From positions 1 to 32,974 of the forward strand of contig CAXNAA020000035.1 of NCBI GenBank assembly GCA_964200075.2: 32,974 nucleotides of DNA, given 5' to 3'. Shown one piece after another: positions 21,689-32,974 of this stretch. Positions within the stretch are counted from its first letter, which is position 1. Each line of letters starts with the position of its first letter. The notes under the pieces are model-generated. The model was not told the origin of the DNA, did no database searches, and saw nothing but the letters and a program-made list of their open reading frames with translations. This stretch comes from Sphacelaria rigidula (taxonomy: Eukaryota). The position numbers were made by a program, and so were the translations under genes.

Positions 21689-23287
21689 CAGACAATTCTA
21701 TGAATGAGGTTGTGCGATTAAATGAGATTCAGGCCCGAAGCAGTGCTTTCTCCACGCTTTTCGCGATGATTCCCGATGATATTTTCGTCGGCCTAGTGCC
21801 CCTCGATTGCGTAAATACTTTTTCAGCGCATTTTACCGACTCTGTGAGCTTACAGCGCCGACCGAAACCGTCATTTTCCTCGATGTCACCCCCAGCCCTC
21901 CCCCTTCAATAATCAGAGAAAATGGCGGTTTCGGTCACCGCTGTAACTACAAAGAGTCGGAGAAATACGCTGAGAGAGAGCACCCACGCGACCGAGGGGT
22001 ACTAGACCGACAAATAACTCATCGGGCCCCATCGCTGCAAGTGTGGCGAACGCACTGTTTTTGGCTTGAACCTCATTTTGGTGTGCAGCCTTCATCGAAA
22101 TCAACCGCCGTCTCAGCGCGGCGTGGGCGCGTATCCGAAAATATAGCCGCCAACTCTACGACCGACCCAACGCCGAGCTATCCTTGAAAGTTCGACCGCT
22201 TAAAGCGGAGGTGGTGGAAGCTCTGTTGCATGGGTGTGCCACATGGACGCTACGTTCTGAGAACTTCGAGGGTCTGCGCACTGCTCATCACAAGCTCTTG
22301 CTGCGAGTGATTGGATTCCGCACGAACGATCGAACTGGTTACAAGACTCTTTCGTACAGAGGGGTGCACGAGATGATCAACTGCGAATGGATCGAGACGA
22401 CTATCCGCAAACGTCAGCTCTGGTTCGCCGCAGTCCTTGTCCGGCAGAAGGACACCCGCCTTTCCAAGCGTGTCATGAACGGTGGGCTTTCCACACGAGG
22501 ACCCCGAGGAGGTCGGCCGCCCCCCCAAGCAATGGGAGGATACCTTGAAGAAGACCCTACGTGCGCTAGGGGCTGTCCCGCACAAAGAAGCCCGACGAAA
22601 GTGGTTCGTCTACGGTGTAGAGGTTAACGATGCATATACGATTGGGTCACTGCGGCGAATGACCTGGGCAAATGGCATATTGGAGTCGGAAAGGGAGCGG
22701 AACTTGAGGACACGTGGCGACGTGCGGACAAGCGAGAATCAGACCGCCGTCAAAAGCGAGAGGATGCTGCGTCGAGGGCTGCCAATCGGAGAATCCTGTC
22801 TGCTGATATCGGTTGTTGATCATGTCCTTAGTCAGTGGCTCTGCGGTGCCCACTCGTGTGTGTCTGTATCTACTCTGCTTCCCTGAATCCCTTTTGGGCC
22901 TTTTCCTTTTCCCCCCTTTTCCCCCTTTTTTTTCTCCTTTCTTTCCTCCTTTTTTTTCCATCGTTTCATTGTATTTTTTTATTTCGCTCTGCACTTTTTT
23001 ATTTTTTCCTTTTTTTTGTTTTAGGTTGGCCATTTCTTTCTGTGCTTTGCTTGCGTTGACTTTCTGCTTACCTGTTTTTTCTTACGACTTAGTCTGCTAT
23101 GTCGTTCTGTTCGACCCCCCCTCCCCCCCCTTTTTCTGTCCCTTCTTTTACTCAGAGCGCGTTTCAGTTTCGCTTTTCTTGGGTACGTCTATCATGAGAC
23201 CACGGCTGGACTCGTGGGGGATCAGTCAAAGTGCGACAGTAAAAAAAATCAAAATAAAAAATCAGCCTCAATTTATGGAATTGTCTG
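21689..23287. mobile_element. Second copy of the foldback MITE, right arm split by a LINE
   Basis: Begins CAGACAATTC and ends GAATTGTCTG; arms homologous to 548-997; right arm is 21915-22091 plus 23263-23287. Confidence 0.85.
22092..23262 (+). mobile_element. 5'-truncated RTE-like LINE (RT C-terminal remnant, frameshifted)
   Basis: Translation IEINRRLSAAWARIRK...LKVR.LKAEVVEALLHGCATWTL....HHKLLLRVIG...IRKRQLWFA....R.KDTRLSKRVM.G...GRPPKQWED is typical of the RTE-clade post-RT region; pyrimidine-rich 3' UTR; A-rich tail; CAGCCT TSD at 22086-22091 and 23263-23268. Confidence 0.88.
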
Positions 23288-23941
23288 CTGTAGGGTGTAT
23301 CACGAGAGCACGCTGAGGCTATGTTCATGGGCAGTGCTGTGGCAGCGGAAAGGTGTCACTGCTCCGTCCTTCGGAAGGGCAGAAAAATGTCTATCTTTTC
23401 TGTGCAGGAGGCTTGGGTTGGTAGCACGTATGTGTAGGTACCTAGCCCGTGAGGTCGTAACGGTTCAGAAAAAGCAAGTGACATACAGTAAGGCACAGCA
23501 TGATGTGGTGGTACCAACGTGTGCAACTCAGGCGGAAGCTCGTGGCCTCGATCGAGGTTGCTCAAACCGCGGTTTGCACGACGGCGGTCGGAGGCTGTGG
23601 TGGTGTGCGGTCCAACACGATAGTGCAGAAACGAACAGCACGTATCCGCACGTAGCACAGCAGTTGAGTTCGATGGGTAAACCGTTCATCGTAGGCAATG
23701 GACAAAAGTCAAACCTACTTCACGCAGAAACAACAGCGGGCAACAGCCGTATTCTACAGCGGGTGAAAGGCGCGTTACGACTGTACCACTCTGTATTGCA
23801 ACAACAAGCAGGGAGCGGCAAACAGAGGGAGCGGGGCTATACCACAGCAGTCACGGGAGTACGACAACGCAGGCTATGTGGAAAATCCATCTAGCAACCG
23901 GGAAGGACACGGGTCGGTGTCGACGCCAATGCCAAGGGGTA

Positions 23942-24382
23942 TGTCATGGCTCGATACTCTAGCTGGGAATGGTGCCAGTTCAGTGGGCACCAGGCTAGCG
24001 GTTCAAGCACAATCATTAGTATCGAATCCATTGAGCTCGATTTGCTAGGTGGGGAGTCAACCCACACACCAATGACCAGGCGCCATGCCCATGGTTCGCC
24101 GGAGACAAGACCCATATAATGCGTGCGATGCGGGCTTACATTTGTGAAGACCGAAGACTCCTCTGAGATAGCAGTCCGTGATAGTGCTGATGCTTCTTGT
24201 ATTATTGGCAACCGGCTGGTAGTTGCTATTCGCGCGTTGAGATACGTTCCCAAAAGACTGTGCCCAAGTAGGGGGCACTGTCGAAATCAATCAGACTCAG
24301 AATGGCCCGTGACCTGTCGGGCTAGACAACGCAAGGGTATGACACATGGAATCTACTCGACTTAACCGATAAATCCGGAACG
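23942..24382 (-). repeat. 3' LTR (441 bp)
   Basis: Direct repeat of 30788-31234. Confidence 0.92.
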
Positions 24383-25319
24383 TCCCCCCAGCCTTTTAAT
24401 AAGGCTAAGCGAAAGAAATGTGGGAAACGAAGCCTGTGCATCAACACCTGAAATAAGGAAACGTAAAAAACCTGCAACTAATGTTGCAGGGGGAAACTCG
24501 GTATCTAATAGATAGGTAAACCCCGTTAGACGGGGGAAACCCTATCCGTTAGGAAAGGAAAAAAATGTCTAGCGCCCCTTCCAATCGACAGAAACCGCAG
24601 ACAAGTGCGATCACTGTCGTTTTCCCGGGACCTCAGTTAGACTGGAGAACGATTAGCTAATTCGCTGCATCGCGCGTCGACACCCTAGATCAGTTACACT
24701 GAATTCCAGGGTAGTGCGGGGCTTTGACCACATCCAACTTACGTTGGATTCGCTAAAAACAAACTTTCCACGAACTCATCAGTAGTTACAGGAGTGCAGC
24801 TTTTGGGAAGTGCTTCCCTGTAACTACTGATGTTTATGCTACGAAGAATAGAGCCCACCCGCCTTGGCTCATAAATGTATTTGCATGTTACAAAATGGGA
24901 ACCAGACGAGGCCAAGGAACGACAAAAAGAAGATAAACAAAAACAGGCACACTCGCAATTCACACTGAAGAGTACGGTACCAACAATTCATCTTGCTTTT
25001 TTTACAACCGTATTCCTCTCGCAATGGTATCGTATACCACATCACACAACAGCCATTCGTACACGTCCATGGCTGCAGTCTATCTTTGGCTCCTCCGTTC
25101 CAGCTTGGGGCGCTCAACTTTCAAGCGAGATGGCTGTTTCCAGTCTCCATCTTCGTATCGTACTCGCCGAAAGAAATTCCCACAATCATGCACGTGGTAC
25201 TTCAGCTCGGCACTGGTGTAGCCTTTCCAGTATTGCACCTATGGCGAAAGCTTCAAGGCATCACTACGTGGGGAAGCGGGGCGTATCGAGTGCGATGGCG
25301 GGGTCGAAGAAACTGTGGG

Positions 25320-25799
25320 GTGATACAGGTGCAGAAGGCTCATGACGCATGAGGAACTGGGATCAAAGGAAAGGTGTGGACGATTAAGACGAAAGAAACG
25401 TGCCAAACGTGCGATGCTAGACAGGGAAATATCGAAATATTTTGATGTTTTGCAAGGAGTCGCACCAGGATGTACGTTATCACCCTCTCCAACCGAGGTA
25501 GTCTTTGATGACCTGATACAAGCATTAGACATGGCAAAGCAAGGGGTGCAGTTGATGAAACAACTGGAAACAGCGCAGCTGGCCGCAGCTAAGAGAATAC
25601 TTTGATGCTGAAACGGTGCGAATGGCAGCAAAGAAAAGAATACTTGGATGCAATAAAAATAGTGAAGAAGATGGAAACAGTACAGAGTGCAACAGCTCAG
25701 ACACTACTTGGATGAAGTGAAGTTGGTGAAGGAGTTGGGGAACAGTGCAGATTACAGCAGCTAGGGGAATTACTTGGATGCTCGATACAAATAGGTACG
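25320..25799 (+). mobile_element. Internally deleted, scrambled LINE reverse-transcriptase remnant
   Basis: Motifs VQKAHD (cf. DxxKAYD), GIKGKVW, FDVLQGVAPGCTLSP (cf. GVxQGCxLSP), then four degenerate copies of KQLETVQ.AAAKRILGC; ends ACAAATAGGTACG plus C11. Confidence 0.75.
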
Positions 25800-27076
25800 C
25801 CCCCCCCCCCTTTGAAGTCGTTCCCTTTTCCCCACCCGTCAGTGCCTGGAACAACGCAGAGTTCTCGACAATCCAACATGGTGACAGATACAGGCAATGC
25901 AGTCGAACGCGACACAAATTCAGGGGTCAGGTGGAATGTATGGGTGTGGCGTTCCAGTTTGGTCCCCCTCAGGGTGTGACGCAAACACTTCGGGTATGAG
26001 GTGTTTCGGATGGGGTGGGCGGATATGGAGGGAACTTCTTGCTATGGAGACAGCGGTCGTACGTGTATATTGTTTACGGCCAGTCCAGTGCTCGAAGGGG
26101 AATGTGTCAGACGGTAGCATGGCGTCGGGGCGTCGGGTAGGGTACGGTTGCGCAAGAGTGTGCGTGAAACGTACTCTCTCTGGGACCAAGATTTGTACAA
26201 TTCTGTAATTTTTTCAGCAGCCGTCCCCCTAGGTTTTTGAATCCTGTGAAACTGTAGACATAATCATGGCGGGAATAAAAAATAAACAAGGTATGCTGAG
26301 TAAAAATATAATAATGAGGTACGTTGTACTAAGTATACCGAGACAAAGCACAGAAATGACAAGAGACATGCCCTCACACGCATGACTTGTACATTGACGC
26401 TCATTGGGCGAGAGTCTAGTTCGTATGCCATATCCTAGCTGAGCCACCATGAGACGACCGGATTGTGGTGGTGAAGTCTTGCTGCAGTTATACGGCATGC
26501 AAGGGGAGAGCGCGCGTTTACCTACATCGTGCGGCAATACTATTGGCTTTCCTCCTTGTTTAGAATATCGGTCAGCAGGGCGCCTAGAATGCTACGCTCC
26601 TGGACAAACTGTCCAAGGTACCTGGTGGCTTTAGAAACGAACGTGGTTTTTCGATTGCATGGACGTGACGTCTGAGCAATTGCGTTGCAGTTGGAGGGGG
26701 CTGGTTGTATGCCGGTATTATCGATTAACAGGCTAAGGAACCTGTGAGACCCTGCAGTGAAGATATATTTGGCGAACTTGGCGAATTTCACTGAACATGA
26801 AATCGTGCAGTCGACAAACTTTGCCGGGGAAAGTTGGGTGAGCAACACCTCGGTCATGAAGCTTGTGCATTTCTTTTCTGATCATGCGGCGTTCTCATGG
26901 TGGGAAACCGCGTTGTTTTGTGGCAAAGGGTGTGCACGCGAGACACCAACCAGCAAAAAATATGGAACTCGTGCTTCGCCCCCCCGAGGGGGTTCAGCGA
27001 CCACATCGGCGGAATGAGTGTCTGAAAACCATATGTAGGGTCTGTAGGAAATGTCAAAGACACGGTACGTAGTCGC

Positions 27077-27384
27077 GCAGTCACCTTGCATGGTACGCTA
27101 GACATGAAGGGCAAAAAGATAGAGCAGGGCGACTAAGTCTGCGTACTGCATAAGTAATGACAAGACATTGCACGAACATATTTGGCAGTCACCTTGCATG
27201 GTACGCTAGACATGAAGGGCAAAAAGATAAAGCAGGGCCACTAAGTCTGCGTACTGCATAAGTAATGACAAGATATTGCACGAAAATATTTGGCAGTCAC
27301 CTTGCATGGTACGCTAGACATGAAGGGCAAAAAGATAAAGCAGGGCAACTACGTACGTCTGCGTACTGCATAAGTAATGACAAG
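27077..27384. repeat. 108-bp tandem repeat, ~2.8 copies
   Basis: gcagtcaccttgcatggtacgctagacatg at 27077, 27185 and 27293. Confidence 0.95.
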
Positions 27385-28707
27385 GCAATCCATGGGAAGA
27401 TGAGTGGCAGCATGATATCGAAAACCAAGTTCGAAGCAACTGAACAATGTATTATCCAACTACGGTACCGCGAAGGAACAAGGTAGTATCCAACTACGGT
27501 ACAGGATGCGTCAATAAGTCAACCTGGTGAATAGCAAATCCTACAATCGATAACCAGTGTGGGATAAAATGGGGATCCTATTTAGTAGCACCAAGGTAAT
27601 GACCCTGCTACCAAATGCTCTGAAAAGGTACCCGGGATTAGCGACACCAAACCAAATTGCGGACACTCCATAAAAACGTACCCGGTATTAGCTAAACCAC
27701 ACCAAGTTGCAGACACTCCACGCGGGAACATACCGTCATTGGCAAACCGTTCGGTGTTTCCTGCGTGTCCTCCCCAACGCAATGACGTTTAGCGCCGGCT
27801 CCCTCTGCGGGATGCGACACACCCAGGACAAGAGTGTGGGTGAAACAAGGGCGGAAGTAATCGCGGGCGTGGTTAGTATACGTTGGAAGTCTTGGGGTAC
27901 ATGAAAATATGGCTCGGTTTCATACCACGTGACGCAGATCGAAATGTCGTGTGCCGGGCGGTAAACTCGGCGTTTCGGCCTTGCGAACCAGGTAGATGAA
28001 ACGATTACCAGTGGAATCCTGCTCAAGCATGATGAGTACAGGCGGCGCGACAGACAAGGCCCTGCAGATAGCCTACACCCGCGCGGTCAAAGAAAAACAT
28101 CGCGAACGCCAAACACAAAACAAAATTACCAGAACATGAAATAAAAAATAGTGCCGCGCATAATTATCGAGCACTCAAAATACAATCGAGGGGCTCAAAA
28201 GACAGTTATGGTAGACGCGACACCCGGAGATGCTGACAATATGAGTATGTAAAATGAAAGAAAAGCAAACAAGATCGAAATAAAATGGAAGCTTTACTGC
28301 ATGCGTATTCTACAAATCCTCATGGCCACAATAAAAATGCGACCCCGGAAGCAAAGTACATACTGATCATGGTGGGTTGTTCTGCAATAAAACTACCGGG
28401 ATACTATAGAGAATGCCTAGAACACGATCATTGCTGGTAAGGTACAGCGATGATGTTATGACTGACCAGGTGTAGATCAGGCGAAGGTAATACAATGCAC
28501 GCGACAAATGATAAAACAAAAATACTGTGCGATCAGAGCGAAGCAAGGTTCATGGAGAAAATGAGGGCGGAAAATGCACGTGCACCTGACAACATGCAAT
28601 GTGATAGCGAGCGAGAAAAGTATAACCGACAGTAGGTGGTAGAGGCAAAAGCACCACAAGCGGGACAATGACAGCCAACCAGGGTAGTAGAAAGCACGGT
28701 GGAAACT

Positions 28708-28839
28708 CCAGCAGCAGCAACAACAACATACAACAACAACAGCAGCAGCAACAGTCGTAATAGGTAACAGCAACAACAGAAAGCAGAAAACAACAACAGC
28801 AGCAGGAACAACAACATACAACAGCAGCAGCAACAACAT

Positions 28840-28919
<80 letters not shown>

Positions 28920-28927
28920 AACAACAT

Positions 28928-28966
<39 letters not shown>

Positions 28967-29007
28967 GCAGCAGGAACAACAACATACAACAGCAGCAGCA
29001 ACAACAT

Positions 29008-29043
<36 letters not shown>

Positions 29044-29055
29044 TACAATAACAAC
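28708..29055. repeat. Compound (CAA)n/(CAG)n microsatellite
   Basis: Direct reading; recurrent CATA and CAG interruptions. Confidence 0.97.
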
Positions 29056-29225
29056 ACGGCTTCACAGCTTCCGCAGCTGTCTGGAGCCTGATGTCCCGAA
29101 ACGCCCCGACGTAATTGTTGTCGAGAAGGACCGGCCCTCAAAAGTTGGTTATCAAAGGGTTGTCATCAATCCAAGCAACCGCAGTCATGAACAGTACGGG
29201 CAGCAGCAGCTTCAAAACGAATTTT

Positions 29226-29384
29226 TAAATTACCGACCAACCCGTACACACAATTAGTAACATGTGTGATCCCGACCAAAAGTGATGATGGTGACGCGAT
29301 GCAGTCTAAATTCCCGGCCAACCCGTACACACAATTAGTAACATGTGTGATCCCGACCAAACGGGATGATGGTGACGCGATGCA
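29226..29384. repeat. 81-bp tandem duplication
   Basis: taaatt.ccg.ccaacccgtacacacaattagtaacatgtgtgatcccgaccaaa at 29226 and 29307. Confidence 0.95.
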
Positions 29385-29869
29385 AGGAAAGCCACTATAG
29401 TGTGCGGGTAGGCCACAACAGCGGACAACGTCTCATCACCACGAAGAGGTGCATTTCAGGGGAACAGATGCGTGGGGACCTCGGTGTAACAATTTAGGCA
29501 CATACGGTGATGACAATCGTTTATCGGAAAAAGCTCATGCGGTCAAAGTTGGGCACCGTACAAGCAGCAGAGTGGGAAACTACGCGAGTGGGGAAACTAC
29601 TCGTGACTTTACATGCTGGTGTAAGAGGCATTACGCGCACATGAGGGCTAAACAGACAGTGCGATAGCCAGCAGGGTACAACTACCCATGGGCGGTGAAG
29701 TCGAAAATCGCAACGCCTCAGGCGGGACAGTAACCGCAGAGCAGCAAAACAAAACCGGGACAGTAGCCGCCGAGCAGCAGAACAAAATTGCATTGTTCTT
29801 TAGGCGGAATAGTAACCACACAGCAGGGTAACAGCCGCAGCAACATGAAAATTTATAGTATCGCCAAAA

Positions 29870-30165
29870 GCGACAGCAACACAGCAAAGCAGCAGAGACC
29901 GCAGCGGCCGTAACAACAGCAGACGATAACAGGCAGAAGCAACGCCACCACCACCATCACCAACAACAACAACAACAACGGCCGATAACAAGAGCGAAAG
30001 ACGGCAGCAGCAGCACAATAACAAAAACAAAGGACAACAACGAAGCGCAGCATCCAAACAACGAACAGCCACAGACGGTAGCAGCAGTACAATAACAGAA
30101 ACAAAGGACAACAACGAACCGCAGCAAACAAACAACGAACAGCCACGACAACGGATAACAACTAC
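29870..30165. repeat. Degenerate CAA/CAG-rich low-complexity tract
   Basis: Direct reading; includes a ~75-bp internal duplication (aataaca.aaacaaaggacaacaacgaa.cgcagca). Confidence 0.8.
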
Positions 30166-30787
30166 GCGGCTGTACAGCTTCCGGAGCTGTCTGGAACTTG
30201 ATGTCCCAAAACACCCCGACGTAGTTGTAGGCCCTCTGGTTCGTTGACTCGTGCGATCTCATTCGACCTTTATGCCTTCGTCAATTGTTTTGTCTAGGTT
30301 ATTTCACTTTCGCTTTGAACGTCTGCCGTGGCGTGCTGATGAACCATCCTTGATGAGCTCGTGCATAAAGCCGTTGGTGGCGCTCTGCTTGGGTTGTATG
30401 TAACGCAGTGCAAATGCGGCGGGCAACAACGCAATACCACAAACAGACAGGACGACAAAGCCTACCTAGTCCATGCTTACTTTTTACTGTTCCGCGTAAT
30501 TGTAGTTCAAGCATATCCTGGTGCAGTTGTTTTTGCTATTGAAAACAATGAGTGCACGCAACTGTGAAGCAGCGCGGTTGTGTTGTTTCGTACTCGTGAA
30601 AAGAAGAGCGTCTGTAGCTATGTGGATTTTCTCCCATGTGTGCAACGCACACTATTTACCATATATAAGTCTAGTGACACGACAAGATGAAATCTCAAAC
30701 CTCCCCACAAAAACATTTTACGGACGCGCATGCTACGCCTTTGGGGGTCATGCCGGAGTTGACCTACACACGCACGGATGGACACCA

Positions 30788-31234
30788 TGTCATGGCTCGA
30801 TACTCTAGCTGGGAATGGTGCCAGATCAGTGGGCACCAGGCTAGCGGTTCAAGCACAATCATTAGTATCGAATCCATTGAGCTCGATGTGCTAGGTGGGG
30901 AGTCAACCCACACACCAATGACCAGGCGCTATGCCCATGGTTCGCCGGAGACAAGACCCATATAATGCGTGCGATGCGGGCTTACATTTGTGAAGACCAA
31001 AGACTCCTCTGAGATAGCAGTCCGTGATAGTGTCGATGCTTCTTGTATTATTGGCAACCGGCTGGTAGTTGCTATTCGCGCGTTGAGATAAGTTCCCAAA
31101 AGACTGTGCCCGAGTAGGGGGCACTGTCGAAATCAATCAGACTCAGAATGGCCCGTGACCTGTCGGGCTAGACAACGCAAGGGTATGACACATGGAATCT
31201 ACTCGACTGGACCATAACCGATGAATCCGGAACA
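30788..31234 (-). repeat. 5' LTR (447 bp)
   Basis: Direct repeat of 23942-24382; TG...CA termini. Confidence 0.92.
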
Positions 31235-31934
31235 GGTATACTGATGTGTAGGGAACAACGCTGGTCAAGCACCGAGCATCGTAACGGGAAAACGCCCTTG
31301 TTGGGTGCGGCGTGTACCGCATAAGCCGTGCAACGCCCTTTCACGTTATCCCCCTGTACATCGCGTAGGATAACGTCTCGTGAGGTCAGGTAGAGAAATC
31401 GTTCTCACTTTTGCATCCCCGCCCGCTACTCCCTCCCGCCATCACCAAGTGAATGGTCCAGGCCGCAGAGGGCGGGAAAAGCAACTGAGAGGTGGCTGCG
31501 TCGACCTCGCCACTTCGTAATGTATACATGTACAACCTGGTGTTATCGCCCCGAGGCTAGGGGGAGAACGTCCGATTCGTCTACCGGTCAGATCAGGGAT
31601 CCCAGTAATCGCAGATAGCTGTCATTATGCTGATCACACCGGAGATCAAAGATCTCAGACAACCACCAATCTACGACCCTCAGGAGAAGATGCGGTAAAA
31701 ACTTCTCAGCCTCATACCACGCTTTCACTGGATGGGCAAACGGTATACATCAACGGCAACCTCTTCCAGGGGGTGACGTGAACGGTATAAATCAGCGGTA
31801 CCGTTTTGCCACGGGATCACTTATACAGTATACCTCAGTGATTCTTCCTGCCCGCTGGATGGGTTATACGGTAAAACCCAGCGGTATCTATTCTTACTGG
31901 GTAAGTGATACCTCATTTACCTTAGTAGTTAAGC

Positions 31935-32481
31935 CACGAGTTTCCGAACGTGCTGGATCGTTTTGCGACTTCTCCGAAAGTATGTAGCCTTTCTCGTGTT
32001 CATCTATGGCCTAAAGGGATGATGAGGCTTGCTCTCACATGTTCCGGAGGACGTGGAACCCGTCCAAATATGTCGGAGATTTCCGGCAAAACACAGTAGA
32101 CTAGTTCATAATAACCCTAAGCTATGGAGGTCGCCGCGTGATCCCTGTCGCAGGCAATCGCGCTATTCGTTTCGGTCAATTTCAACGCATGTGCATCTGG
32201 TGTCGGAACATGCTTTTGTCATGTATGTGTATGTACACTTGTCAGTTGAGAAAAGGGGTAGGAATAGGTAAAATGGGGTCAAGATTTGTGAAAAAATGCT
32301 ACGATGCGCTAGGCCTCAATGACACTCGTGGTCAACTACAGCGAGGAATATCGCGCGCGGTTCGCCTCGCTGTGCAGTTGACAGCCCACTGCATAGCACT
32401 GCGGACATAGAGTAACGGGGAAAGTGAGCCAGCTACAGAGAAAAAGAGAGTCTGAAGTATTACGTTTTGACGCCGTGGTGA
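31935..32481. repeat. Dispersed ~550-bp repeat, copy 2
   Basis: Collinear with 6370-6918. Confidence 0.9.
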
Positions 32482-32825
32482 GGTTTGTAGACCTAGCCAC
32501 CATTGTTACCTAAGGTCAGGGACATTGTAGGTGGAGTTGCGGGTCTGATTGCCGGACTCTGTGATGGTGACCTCCATGGCGAGCAGGCTTAGTTTTGTCT
32601 CTCTGGTGGAGAGAGGCTGTATGGCCCTATTCTCCTGTACTATGCTGAGGGTTGATACGTAAATAACTAAAGCTGCTGAAGTCCATGTGGCCGTGATGGG
32701 AGGAGTCCACATGACAATCTGATCTTGAGTGACAGAGGTCTATAATGAACGTTCATTAAGTCCGCTGAGGCGGTAGTTTCGCTGAAAAGCAGCTGACATT
32801 TCAAGATAGGGACGTCTGCAGGCCT

Positions 32826-32974
32826 GAGAGTCATCCTACGATAGGGGGGGGGGGGTATTCTGGGCCATTTGTTGCTCGAAATTTCTAGTCAGATCGTCGT
32901 TGAAAGCAGCAACGGTTGTTCAAACAAGCTTGTTGTGGCTCAATTACGCTCATCCATACTGCCTGACACCGTTT
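32826..32974. mobile_element. Left end of a MITE (same family as 3729-4232), runs off the window
   Basis: GAGAGTCATCCTACGATAGG plus G-run, then homology to 3757-3876. Confidence 0.75.

Larger units (their letters stand above)
23942..31234 (-). mobile_element. Non-autonomous LTR retrotransposon (LARD-like), 7.3 kb
   Basis: LTRs 23942-24382 and 30788-31234 (about 10 substitutions plus a 6-bp indel); outer termini TG..CA; GGTA TSD at 23938-23941 and 31235-31238; minus-strand PBS TGGTGTCCATCCG adjoining the 5' LTR; PPT-like GGGGGGA at 24383-24389; no gag/pol ORF inside. Confidence 0.88.

Noticed and set aside
22647-23316. Lys-rich and Phe-rich (membrane-like) ORFs
   Set aside because: They derive from the pyrimidine-rich 3' UTR of the RTE-like LINE
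23214-23894. 226-aa ORF
   Set aside because: Runs across the LINE tail and the MITE end; no domain-like pattern
27077-27384. Possible CRISPR-like array (also considered for 29226-29384)
   Set aside because: Head-to-tail near-identical units with no unique spacers, no cas genes, eukaryotic context
28477-29141. Long poly-Leu/Val/Cys ORFs
   Set aside because: Artefacts of the (CAA)n microsatellite read on the minus strand
32506-32712. Possible minus-strand exon ending at a GTAACA donor
   Set aside because: In-frame stop shortly upstream, no clear acceptor, flanked by repeats, no recognisable homology

Overview
Eukaryotic, intron-rich and repeat-dense DNA, most likely from a brown alga (Ectocarpus-like; inferred from the WSC gene style and repeat content). 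The only gene I can reconstruct as intact is a 9-exon, 365-aa secreted protein (10648-15957, +): signal peptide, three 8-Cys WSC carbohydrate-binding domains and Pro/Thr-rich linkers, with canonical GT-AG introns. A decayed tandem paralog lies upstream (108-3227, intron remnant to ~6290) and carries an extra WSC module that appears to have arisen by recombination within the Pro/Thr linker repeats. The rest is mobile DNA: (1) a tail-less LINE-like family ending in ...AAATGAGTACG and found next to C-runs, one copy with telomere-like TTAGGG units at its 5' junction; (2) an RTE-like LINE nested in a foldback MITE; (3) several other MITEs; (4) a 7.3-kb minus-strand non-autonomous LTR element with ~98%-identical LTRs, PBS, PPT and TSD but no gag-pol; (5) micro- and minisatellites; (6) a 114-nt near-perfect hairpin abutting a tRNA-like sequence. 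Most ORFs in the supplied track are spurious or repeat-derived. All alignments were done by eye.
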